The position numbers and the translations under genes were made by a program. This document shows, piece by piece, positions 17,709 through 27,055 of a DNA stretch of 64,000 nucleotides (position 1 is the stretch's first letter; every line of letters begins with the position of its first letter). Under the pieces are notes generated by a model that had not been told where the DNA came from, did not search any database, and worked only from the letters and a program-made list of their open reading frames with translations. This DNA is from a virus, in the IMG/VR virus record IMGVR_UViG_3300025683_000003, one strand, 5' to 3'.

Positions 17709-18041
17709 TCATTGTGAGATGCTAGGGCAAATCTCAGCTAATTTCTGAAAGCATACATCAGCCTTTTTAGAGTACATAAGGCAATTTTGCCGAATCCCCT
17801 CATAGCAACCACTCACTTCTGAAGACCTGCGAGTATTCTCTAATTGCTGCGAGCAGTAGTCTCTAGAGGTATTGAGTTGTGTTTGGTAGTATTCAGTATT
17901 TTCTTTTTTCTCAGACTCAGCTTTTACAGAGTTAATTTTGAGGCTGATAGAGTAGGCCGACAGCGACAAGGCTAATGCCGCTGCAATGAATTCTCTATTT
18001 GTGAATTTAAAAAATTGACGTACCGACATACTCAGCTCCAA
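17709..18041 (-). CDS. Membrane-anchored Cys-rich exported protein
   Basis: N-terminal hydrophobic helix; five Cys in the C-terminal half. Confidence 0.55.
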   Translation of the reverse strand: MELSMSVRQFFKFTNREFIAAALALSLSAYSISLKINSVKAESEKKENTEYYQTQLNTSRDYCSQQLENTRRSSEVSGCYEGIRQNCLMYSKKADVCFQKLAEICPSISQ

Positions 18042-18219
18042 TTTTTGCTAAATTCCTTTTAAGTTTATTGAATTTTTTAGTTGATCCAATCAGGTATTTA
18101 GTCCGAGTTGTGACTCCATCATATGTTATGACGCCAGTATGATAATCGACAGTCATGAACATATTAAGATCGTCAATGTAAAAAATTGCCTCTACAGCTG
18201 TTTTCTTGTTTGTTTTCAT
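18007..18219 (-). CDS. Hypothetical protein, tandem paralog 1
   Basis: EAIFYIDDLNMFMTVD...G; homologous to 18249..18467. Confidence 0.7.
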   Translation of the reverse strand: MKTNKKTAVEAIFYIDDLNMFMTVDYHTGVITYDGVTTRTKYLIGSTKKFNKLKRNLAKIGAEYVGTSIF

Positions 18220-18248
18220 AATTATTTCCTAATCCTCTGTTTGTAAAA

Positions 18249-18467
18249 TTAAAAATTTGATGAGTTTATATATTTGATCCCTATTTTTGATAGGCATTTT
18301 TCAATTCGGTAAAAATCGTCTGATGATGAGATTGTAAATTTATAGAATGCCACCTTTCCATTATAGTTCACAGTTCCTTCTCTATGATCTATAGTCATGA
18401 ATACATTATGTACTTCGTCGTAGAATATGGCCTCCGCAGCAATTCTCTTCGATTTATTCCTTTTCAT
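18249..18467 (-). CDS. Hypothetical protein, tandem paralog 2
   Basis: EAIFYDEVHNVFMTID...G; both paralogs end KIG..Y. Confidence 0.7.
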   Translation of the reverse strand: MKRNKSKRIAAEAIFYDEVHNVFMTIDHREGTVNYNGKVAFYKFTISSSDDFYRIEKCLSKIGIKYINSSNF

Positions 18468-18469
18468 AA

Positions 18470-19090
18470 TTATTTCCTAACTTTCTTTTTTGGTTTTATT
18501 TGAAAATCTTCTTTTTTCATATTAATGGCCAAAGCCGTTGTTGCTGGTGGGTAGATGTGTCTAGGTACACCGATTTTATCAATGATACCCCATTTCAAAG
18601 CTTCCTCGGCTGACAGAGTCCAGTCGGCATTATCTCTATTTCGCATCTCCTGCTTAAATTTAGATGCAGCAATTCCGGTATCTCTACTGAGATTGTCAAA
18701 GATCGTTTCGTTTAACCCATGGATACTTTGCGCGTCAATAACAATGTCAGCAGTTTTTCCACCAGTTCCACCAGACACCTGGTGAATAAGGATTCTTGAG
18801 TCTGGCGTAGCAAAACGTAAACCTCTAGTTCCAGACGCCAGAAGGTATGCACCACAACTCATAGCTTTACCCATACAAATGGTAGATACAGGTCGGTCAG
18901 ACGATTTAATTAAATCTCTTTTGGCAATATAAGAGAAGACTTCTCCACCATATGAGTTAATAAACACAGGGATGACATTTACCATGGGGTTATTTTCCAG
19001 ATCAACGAAGGAGTCATAAAACTCCTGCACTGAGTGCGTGTCAAAGAGCGATACCCATACAGATCTTGGTTTATTTCTTTCATCAATCAC
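18470..19090 (-). CDS. clpP: ClpP-like serine protease (copy 1)
   Basis: INSYGG, AMSCG (Ser), ILIHQ (His), RD...LSAEEALKWGIID. Confidence 0.88.
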   Translation of the reverse strand: MIDERNKPRSVWVSLFDTHSVQEFYDSFVDLENNPMVNVIPVFINSYGGEVFSYIAKRDLIKSSDRPVSTICMGKAMSCGAYLLASGTRGLRFATPDSRILIHQVSGGTGGKTADIVIDAQSIHGLNETIFDNLSRDTGIAASKFKQEMRNRDNADWTLSAEEALKWGIIDKIGVPRHIYPPATTALAINMKKEDFQIKPKKKVRK

Positions 19091-19601
19091 GCTTTTCTCC
19101 TTGTTTTACTACAAATTTATCTCTCATCTTAATAATTGCATTTCTTTTGTGTGTTTTAAAGGTCTCATACTTAGCAGTCTTTGAGTCAACATTTTCATTT
19201 CGTAGACACCTCTCTATAGTAGCCATCTCTTTGCTGCTCAGTGCCTCAGTCGCCCTTGCCTTCTTTATAATCATCTTCATTGAATATTCGTCAATATTAA
19301 AAACTAGTACGTCTGGGTCCTCAAATTCAACCTCAACCCATCTACCATCTTCATTTAATATTATTGGAATGCGGACATATCTACGATTAACCTTTTTATA
19401 GTTAGCATAAACCTGTCGTATCGTGCTTTTAGTGAAGCGCTCAATGTCTTTAATTCCATCAGAGCCAATGCCGCTTTTTAACAATCTCAATAGCGAGGCT
19501 TGTATCAGATCCTCTGCAATCTCTAACCTTTTAGATACCGCTTGGGCATACTTTAGGTAGTAGTCTCTATTACTTATTAAGTGCTCAACAACCCTAGACA
19601 T
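19083..19601 (-). CDS. ECF-like sigma factor
   Basis: Region 2-like YAQAVSKRLEIAEDLIQASLLRLL; degenerate region 4 LSSKEMATI...TFKTHKRNAIIKMR; probable start 19601. Confidence 0.6.
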   Translation of the reverse strand: MSRVVEHLISNRDYYLKYAQAVSKRLEIAEDLIQASLLRLLKSGIGSDGIKDIERFTKSTIRQVYANYKKVNRRYVRIPIILNEDGRWVEVEFEDPDVLVFNIDEYSMKMIIKKARATEALSSKEMATIERCLRNENVDSKTAKYETFKTHKRNAIIKMRDKFVVKQGEKRD

Positions 19602-19716
19602 TCTTATTCCCAACCATCATTAAAAGTAGTACAGGTGTCGAAACAAACATAACAATCGGATGTAAAAATATAGTAAGGAATAGCATTGCTAGGACTAATT
19701 TATGGTTATATTTCAT
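19594..19716 (-). CDS. Small membrane peptide (40 aa, not in track)
   Basis: MKYNHKLVLAMLFLTIFLHPIVMFV...; GAGG SD; first ORF after the 19733 promoter. Confidence 0.5.
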   Translation of the reverse strand: MKYNHKLVLAMLFLTIFLHPIVMFVSTPVLLLMMVGNKNV

Positions 19717-19732
19717 AAGCACCTCTTAATTA

Positions 19733-19761
19733 ACTTTAACATGCGTTCTTGTAAAGTGCAA
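19733..19761 (-). promoter_or_regulatory. Sigma70-type promoter
   Basis: AATAATTTC-TTGCAC-17 nt-TAAAGT with a TGt extension. Confidence 0.6.
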
Positions 19762-19765
19762 GAAA

Positions 19766-21721
19766 TTATTCAATCTCAATCTCTTTTCCATAATTCTCAG
19801 AAAGAGACTTGCATGTAGAGATAGACAAGGCAGTTCTGTCTGACTGCCTGTAGCATCCAACAAAATACGATTGTTTTGACATTTTAATTAAAACTTTGTA
19901 ATCATCACGACCGACAGCAGATTGAATAAACATTATAAGACCTATGAAAGATCCTAGTATGACGGCTAGAACCATCATCAGAATTGTCACTCTATCTTTT
20001 AGCACGTTCCCTCCGTTGCTGATGCCATGCTTTCCTAGCGTCTTCTGGTAGTATGTTGCCTTCTTTAAATGTGACTTCAAGGACCATATTAAATCGAAAA
20101 ATAGTTAAATGTACCCATAAAGATTGCTTATACTCTCCTGTAAACTTGCCATATTTAGTTTTATACACCCTTTCAAAGGGCATGAACCCAACAAAGTCAA
20201 GAAGTGGCGACTCGCTATCTCTATATGAATAAAAATCTATCCCCACCATAATTTTTCCAATTTAAAATATTTTACAATGGCCAATATGATGCCATACAGT
20301 ATCACGCCAATTGTTGCTGCCCATCCAAACATAATTAACACTACGATAATCGCTTCCATAAAACTCCTAATGAACTATTTTACTGTTCTTGTCTTTCTCT
20401 TCATACTGCTTATCTAAATATTCAGAACCTGTGTCTGGCTGAAAGCCATCTCCAGATCCTCCCAATAGCTCATTAAACAATAACTCTGCGGCAGTTTCTT
20501 CAAGAGCATAGAACTTAGACTCTGCCTCTTCGCCAACCAATAACTTTCCGCTATCGGAATCATACATAAATGGGTCTAGCAATGTAACTTTACCGATCTT
20601 ATTAATTTCATTCAATATATGCATCATAGCCATCTTGTCATTAAAAGAAATGTCTATAGCCAGTCCATAACAAGAATCGTTTTCAATCCATTCAATTACT
20701 GCAATTTCAGAGCTATCCTTAACAGGCTGTAGGTATAGTCTGCCTTCAAACTCTTCAACATACAAATCTAACTCTTTAAATAACCCCTCAAGGGCTTTAA
20801 ATTCTTTTCTCATACACCCTCCAATTATTTACAAAACATAAAAGAACCAAGTACACCAAAATGTGCAGTATTCTTATTAGTTTTTTGTAACTCCTGTACA
20901 CCTTCCCACACGTCAAAAACCGTCACTTCATCTTGGAAATCCGTAACAAAGTTTTTAAGCTCTTCAAGAGTCATGTCGTGTGCAATTTTAGCAACAGACT
21001 TAACACCATCTCTATTTGTAGAGGTAAACATTGCATTAAAAGTATTGTTTTTGCGATTAATTCCGATTTGTAACATGTGGCCTCCTGATAAAACAATACT
21101 ACCATAACCAAACATTATGTCAATCTTCGTCACCAAATCTTTTTCTATCAGTCTCAATGTGATCCCTGCACTGTATAAGTCTTTGAAATTCCTCATCTTT
21201 GGTTTCATATGTCGTTCTCAATATAGGAAGTCTTTCTAAAAAATTCTCAATCTTCTCTCGATTTTCATCTTCTCTTGTTGCCATAAAATCTCCAAATAAG
21301 CTCATCCTTGAGCTGTGGATCATCCTTGTTACTTTTTCAGGCTCTGCATCTTTTTTAATTTTTTAAAATATTTAGCCTTCCTACTTTGATGAGTTGAGGA
21401 AGCCTTCTTCTCTGCCTTATAAATGCGGATTAATATTTGATATGCAATATATAAAATACTAGCAATGATAGGTAAGATTATTATGTCAAATATCGCCAGG
21501 AGTACAAATGCCCAATCTGGGGCATCATTAACTACATGATTTAAACACATAAAGGATAGTATGGTTATTCCGCCAATATGTATATGTAGTGGTGACGACT
21601 TTGTTGGGGCAGTATGGCTGAGGTAATTGGCGGCCCTTCCCATTGCTGATGCCATTCTTCTAGCTTTCGCACTTGCTATGGCATTTTTATGAATTGCAAT
21701 CTTCATATTACGATCGTCCAT
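19766..21721 (-). CDS. Block of hypothetical ORFs (19766..20080 TM, 19992..20249, 20237..20359 TM, 20367..20813, 20825..21208, 21120..21323, 21329..21721 2-TM)
   Basis: Same strand, tightly packed, SD-like sequences; no recognisable domains. Confidence 0.55.
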
Positions 21722-22409
21722 CCCCTACCTCCTGGATTCTTTTTGCTATCTGAACATCTCTATCTGACATTTGTGTATAATTTTTCATACAAGCATCAAG
21801 TGCTGTAATTTTATGCTGGGATAGTGACCCCATTTTTAAATATACAGACTCTACCTCATTTAATGTTAATGATTCGATACCGCAATTGCTAAATGAATCT
21901 TCAAATTGAAGGCTAGCATCTTTCTGGGAGCTGGCTGTAATGGAGGTTGATAGTCTGCCGTAACTCTCCATTATAGCAATTTGGTGGGACATGATATGCT
22001 CTGATTGCACAGGTATGTCTAAGCAGGTGCCTAGTATCTTGTCCAATGGAGTGCATGCTCGGATGACATTGTTGCATGAATGTTTTTTTACTAGTAGAGA
22101 TAGATATGTTGTTGCCACAGCAGAGGTCACTGCGAAAAAATTAGCTTTGTCTGTACAGCCAGGGAATACCTGTTTGTAGACGTTGGATGTTTCTGTGTTC
22201 AAATTGAAAAATTCTACATCCAAATTATACCCATCATTCTGTTCCATATCCGTCAGGACGTCTCTGATCCTAGGATAGTTCTGCCCATACGACGCCTTCA
22301 TTAGTACGACCAACACATTAGAGTTGGAATATTGTCCAATAGTTTCGCGTAATACTTTAAATGATGCTAAATTATCTTCTAAAAAAAAGATTGCATTGTA
22401 TTTTTTCAT
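21708..22409 (-). CDS. Hypothetical protein with weak resemblance to the QueC/PP-loop N-terminal domain (PP-loop degenerate)
   Basis: AIFFLEDNLAS...IGQY...VLVV...SYGQNY aligns by eye with QueC AVVVFSGGQDS...LQQY...VHCV..DYGQRH. Confidence 0.3.
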   Translation of the reverse strand: MKKYNAIFFLEDNLASFKVLRETIGQYSNSNVLVVLMKASYGQNYPRIRDVLTDMEQNDGYNLDVEFFNLNTETSNVYKQVFPGCTDKANFFAVTSAVATTYLSLLVKKHSCNNVIRACTPLDKILGTCLDIPVQSEHIMSHQIAIMESYGRLSTSITASSQKDASLQFEDSFSNCGIESLTLNEVESVYLKMGSLSQHKITALDACMKNYTQMSDRDVQIAKRIQEVGDGRS

Positions 22410-23347
22410 TTATCCACCTTCTTATCACATTTCTTGCAATATGTGAATGATTCGGAGAAGCCATTATACTCTACCCATTCGTGTATGCATTGGGATGTGT
22501 TCTTTCTCATATCTATAGGCTCTGTTGTGTAGTTGTGCTCGTAGTCGCCAATGTACTGATGGCTATTTTTGTTTAGTCCAGAAGATGGTAGATCGTTAGC
22601 TTGTCCATACACTAGATTTATAATCTGCTCCCATTCGTCATCAACTTCTGCCGCCAAATATTTACATCGACCTGATAAGTGCTGCCACTCGATTTCATAA
22701 AAAATTTCTACGTCATTCCCAGGCGTATCGACAGCTACTATATCTACAACTTTACCCTCATGACACGTTCTTTTATGGCGAAAAAAATCGCCACGATTAA
22801 ACTTAAAGTTCACAGCCAGAATTTTATCTATCAAACTATCCATTAGGCTTACCCTTTTTATATCTATTCTCAACTTCACATACAGAGTTTAGGTGCACCT
22901 GCATTGGCTCGTCAAAGGAAGTCTCTCTGTCAATTATTTTTACCAATTCCATTCCCAGGTCTTTCAGTCCGTCGTATAATCTAATTGCATTGTTATAATT
23001 TTTACAATCAACATATGAAATCGGGCTCTTCAGTGTCTTTTTAAAGAATACGCGGTACTTCTTGAATGTATTATTCATTAAATCCCCCTAGATCGAACTT
23101 CTTCCATAACCTGTTTAATAATTTCATCTTGCTTTTCTTCCAAATCTTTTTTAGACACTTCGATGTAAGCACATTTTGAGTGCTTACATACTACCACAAC
23201 AGTGTTTTTAGAGCTTTTGGCTAATGAGTCCATAAGCTCTACAGTGTATTCGGCTTGTCCAAAAGCTGTTTTAGAGAATAAAAGCATCAGTAAGAGAGTT
23301 AAGTAGACCAACATTAACATTTTATCGCTAGCCTTATTCATAATCAC
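22406..23347 (-). CDS. Three hypothetical ORFs (22406..22879 with a C-terminal CxH...CxxC; 22836..23078; 23078..23347 with a signal peptide)
   Basis: Coupled starts and stops; CIHEW...YCKKC motif. Confidence 0.55.
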
Positions 23348-23349
23348 TC

Positions 23350-24597
23350 CTAGTGTTTCAAAAAGCTTGAATTAAGCACTTGTCTAGAGAATTCTGAACT
23401 ACTCCACTCAAGTACTAGGGAAATTCTAGTTCTTGGCCCCTGAAAGTACTCAATATGGACATCGTGATTGCCTTTACTCAGGGTCGAATTGTTCTGGTAT
23501 GCTCGTGTTGAGTGTAATCCATCATTATTGATAAGAAGGTTTCCGTCAATGTACAGCTTAGAACCGTCATCGCTGGTAAGGTAGAATGTGTATGTAGACG
23601 CTTTAGGGACTTTAATAGTGCCATCACACACTAGTCCATACCACTCAAGCATGCTCTTTAGGGCTAGTGGGAATTTTGGAAAGCTACCTGCATAGTCAAC
23701 ATCAGATACATCAAGCTGATCAACAATGATAGTCGATACTGGTGTTAGGTTGGAGAAATTTGGTAGGGTGCTTGGCTGTGTAGAGCTTAAATTATAGACT
23801 TTACATGTCAATCCAGTACTCTTCTTAGTTTTTTTATTCTTATGCCCATTATGTTCATCACTGTCAGACTCATTGTCATGGTTATTATGGGAACCGTTTG
23901 TAAGTTCAGAATTTGTGGCAGTATTTTGACCGCTTACAGTATTTCCGCCAGAATTACTGTTGGCTGTGTTGGAGCCTGTTACAGAATTTCCGCCAGAGTT
24001 GCTATTAGAGCTTGTATCACTCGAATTGCTGTTATTGTTAGACGAAGTTCCACCTGTGGCCGATTGAGATCCCGAGTTAGACACAGACCCACTGTTGGAA
24101 GTAGTGTTAGATCCAGAATTGTTAGCGTTGCTAGTAGAATTTCCAGCAGAGGCTCCTCCGCCAGTCCCACCAGCCGATGTAGAATTGCCAGATGTCACAT
24201 TGTTCGTATTAGTATTACTTCCACCAGCTCCACCAGCAGAGGTCGATGTGCTTGTTCCTCCAGCTCCACCATTTCCGCCTGTAGCTGTATTATTCCCTCC
24301 ACTAATTGTACCTGTAACTCCACCATTCGTAGCTGAAGAGCTTCCTCCTGTAGAGGATACGTTTCCTACAGATCCTCCAGTAGAAGTATTATTGTTAGAG
24401 CTATTAATTGTAGGGTCGACAGATACATTAACATCACCAGTAGTCACAGACACATTAGGGGTCACATTAACGGTAATAGCAGGGGGGTTAATTACGATTT
24501 GTGCTGGCTCTGTGGGAATCTGAAATTCCACATGGTCTTTGTTTTTAGCACAAGATGCAAGCCCTACAGTTACTAAAGTTAAAATTATTTTTTTCAT
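23350..24597 (-). CDS. Lipoprotein with a Gly/Ser/Asn/Thr-rich linker and a C-terminal PA14 domain
   Basis: MKKIILTLVTVGLAS-C lipobox; PA14 signature GTIKVP..STYTFYLTSDDGSKLYIDG.LLI.NDG.H...L.KG.H...IEYFQG. Confidence 0.85.
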   Translation of the reverse strand: MKKIILTLVTVGLASCAKNKDHVEFQIPTEPAQIVINPPAITVNVTPNVSVTTGDVNVSVDPTINSSNNNTSTGGSVGNVSSTGGSSSATNGGVTGTISGGNNTATGGNGGAGGTSTSTSAGGAGGSNTNTNNVTSGNSTSAGGTGGGASAGNSTSNANNSGSNTTSNSGSVSNSGSQSATGGTSSNNNSNSSDTSSNSNSGGNSVTGSNTANSNSGGNTVSGQNTATNSELTNGSHNNHDNESDSDEHNGHKNKKTKKSTGLTCKVYNLSSTQPSTLPNFSNLTPVSTIIVDQLDVSDVDYAGSFPKFPLALKSMLEWYGLVCDGTIKVPKASTYTFYLTSDDGSKLYIDGNLLINNDGLHSTRAYQNNSTLSKGNHDVHIEYFQGPRTRISLVLEWSSSEFSRQVLNSSFLKH

Positions 24598-24598
24598 A

Positions 24599-24808
24599 CT
24601 AATTACCTCCATTTTTTACAGTGTAAATTAAATTTCTTTCATCGTCAAGGACATTAAACGATTCGACTGGTTCGAGCAATTTTCCGTATGCAATAGCGTC
24701 CTCCAGCGTTTTAAATGCTGTTGGCGAATTAATAAGTGCTTCTACTACTGTCTCATTTTGATATTGAATAAAGTAAAAATCAGGATTTCTTCTGTAGTAT
24801 GATTTCAT
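24599..24808 (-). CDS. Hypothetical protein
   Basis: 69 aa; coupled to its neighbours. Confidence 0.55.
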   Translation of the reverse strand: MKSYYRRNPDFYFIQYQNETVVEALINSPTAFKTLEDAIAYGKLLEPVESFNVLDDERNLIYTVKNGGN

Positions 24809-25287
24809 TTTAATAACTCCTTAAAGTAATAGTCTCTATTGTTTCTGTACGCAAAAGTGTCTCCGAAACTGTATGGGTACATCACAGACTCAGGCATCGA
24901 ATAGTTGTATTGCGACTGAGTTAGATTTGCATCATGCGGCTTGTTTTTGGTACAATGTAAAAATTCATGCATTAACACCTGTTCAATATAAAAAGACCCA
25001 TTCTTCTCTGTAGATTTCTTGGTGTAGGTTTCTAAGTCGATCTGTATTCTAGACGTCCTGGTATTAATTTCTAATTGCTTTGTTAGTGGGTTCACTTCCA
25101 GACGGCACATGCCGTCAATTGTATGCTCCCCTAAATTTAAATTCACAATCTCAACAGTGCCATTAAATACTATTCCAGAGTAGGCTTCAAAACTCTCTAT
25201 GTAGCCTGCCAACCTCTTATCCCTTCCAGCCGTGGCTCGTCCACAGCCGACAATAAATAACATAGCGGTGATCAATAATAGTTTCAT
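24805..25287 (-). CDS. Lipoprotein with a metzincin/matrixin-like Zn peptidase motif
   Basis: FIVG-C lipobox; HEFLHCTKNKPH; Met-turn SVMYP. Confidence 0.7.
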   Translation of the reverse strand: MKLLLITAMLFIVGCGRATAGRDKRLAGYIESFEAYSGIVFNGTVEIVNLNLGEHTIDGMCRLEVNPLTKQLEINTRTSRIQIDLETYTKKSTEKNGSFYIEQVLMHEFLHCTKNKPHDANLTQSQYNYSMPESVMYPYSFGDTFAYRNNRDYYFKELLK

Positions 25288-25954
25288 TTTATTTTCCCTA
25301 CCTTAACAGCATAGATGTATGCTCCGATTAATTGATCGTCGGATATCTGTCTGCCAAATTTCTTTCTATATAGCTGTAACGATAAAAATGCTAGTACGAC
25401 TAAGAAGACTATCCAAGTATGGTTATTTAAAAAGTAACCCCACACATCACTTAAGGATTGGCAGGTGTCAGCATTAAACTTACACATAATTTACATCCTT
25501 TATTTTAATAATAACCTGAGATTCGTCACTTACATCACCATTTAATACTGCCAAAGCTAAAAACTCAACGGCCTCATCCAAATCTTTCTTGTCATATTCT
25601 TTTCCGTCAATAACTACTGTAAAATTAGAAGGATTCATTGTCTTCCTCCTCATCTTCAAAAGAGTATTCCACTTCATCTTCACTAATTTCATGAAGAGCC
25701 GACGTAATAATGTATTGGTATGTATTAATTGGATCTTGGGTATCAGAGGAGGCGATATTAATGTGCACTTGTACTAATTCTTTGGCTTCAAAAGCCGATA
25801 GTTTTAGCCCAAATAAACTCTTTAATAGAGCACGAAGAGCTACTTGTTGCCCAACTAGGAATCCTCGATTTTTATATGCGAATCTCACCAAAACAACTTG
25901 TTCGATTAAATAAGCAACACCTAAAAATACAAAAATGTTTGTAACTGTTTCCAT
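25284..25954 (-). CDS. Three small hypothetical ORFs (25284..25487 TM, 25480..~25638, 25625..25954 TM)
   Basis: Tight packing; first ORF has a GGAGG SD. Confidence 0.5.
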
Positions 25955-25972
25955 GTAACCTCCATGAAATAC

Positions 25973-26001
25973 AATTTAACAAACATTTTTTAAAAAAACA
26001 A
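25973..26001 (-). promoter_or_regulatory. Sigma70-type promoter
   Basis: AATAAT-TTGTTT-17 nt-TAAATT with a TGt extension. Confidence 0.45.
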
Positions 26002-26020
26002 ATTATTTATATTGGGTGTA

Positions 26021-26445
26021 TTATTCTGAGACGCCAGCCTCTTCTTTTATTCGACTTATCTCTCCACGCAACTTAAAGGCGAGGTGTTCTAAAATTTCCA
26101 CCATCTTACTATCCTGACGCACCTCTGGATATTCATCTTCTATAATACTTATAAAGTCGGTCCCATTATATTTATGGATACGTCTCAGGTACTGATCTAA
26201 ATCCTCAAAGGCTATGGCATAGTTGTGCGCATTAATACATAGAAAAAATTCTTCTTTTTCGTCTGGCATATCAAAATTTAACGATACTTTCATAACTTCT
26301 CCATTAGTCCAAGTTTATATTTCTTTTTATACAGAGAGACTACGATTCCTGTGAATACTCCAAAGGTCTCTTTTTCTCTATACAAAATACCAAAATTAAA
26401 TATGTATCCTGGCAAAACCTTATCTGTTTTATAAAACCATTTCAT
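26021..26445 (-). CDS. Two hypothetical ORFs (26021..26293; ~26290..26445, 51 aa, not in track)
   Basis: Coupled to the second ClpP gene. Confidence 0.55.
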
Positions 26446-27044
26446 TACACAATCTCATCAATTAAATTATAATCTAAAGCCTGATCAGGAGTTAGTATTG
26501 TATCGAACCGCATGAGCTTTTTTACTTGGCTAGCGGTAAAATTCGGCTTTTTGATTCGTATCTTCTCCAAAAGAATATTTTCAAAGATACTCTCATCTTT
26601 AATGAATTGACTCATCCACTTCTTATTTATCTCTGGGTGATCTTCAGGTAATCCCATTCTGCCTGTATGAATCATCATTCTACTGTTCTTTGTCATAACT
26701 CTATGATCAGCTGCCTGCATAATCCAAGCAGATATGGACATAATTCTTCCTGTACCTAAAATGGTAACATGATTTTTACACTGAGTAATCTTATCGTAAA
26801 TCGCCATTCCGCTTAAGACATCTCCGCCATTAGAATTTAGAACAACATTTATAGGCTTATCGCCATCAGAAGATAGAGAGTCCAGTACATGCAAGTTTTT
26901 GATGGTTCTTTGAGCTATTTGATGATTAATCCCTACTTCATCCCCATCGCCATCAACAAATGATCCAATAAACACAGTCCTGGTTGGCACATGTATGTCG
27001 TAATCGTGGTATCTATCTATGTCATCTTTATGTATTCTTGCCAT
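26445..27044 (-). CDS. clpP: ClpP-like serine protease (copy 2)
   Basis: RTVFIG, LNSNGG, IMSIS (Ser), MMIHT (His), FDTILTPDQALDYNLIDEIV. Confidence 0.82.
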   Translation of the reverse strand: MARIHKDDIDRYHDYDIHVPTRTVFIGSFVDGDGDEVGINHQIAQRTIKNLHVLDSLSSDGDKPINVVLNSNGGDVLSGMAIYDKITQCKNHVTILGTGRIMSISAWIMQAADHRVMTKNSRMMIHTGRMGLPEDHPEINKKWMSQFIKDESIFENILLEKIRIKKPNFTASQVKKLMRFDTILTPDQALDYNLIDEIV

Positions 27045-27055
27045 ACATGTCCTTA

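Noticed and set aside
23842-24523. Pro/Val-rich (24095..24523) and Arg/Ser-rich (23842..24336) plus-strand ORFs
   Set aside because: They are a by-product of the Gly/Thr/Ser/Asn codons of the PA14 linker on the opposite strand.
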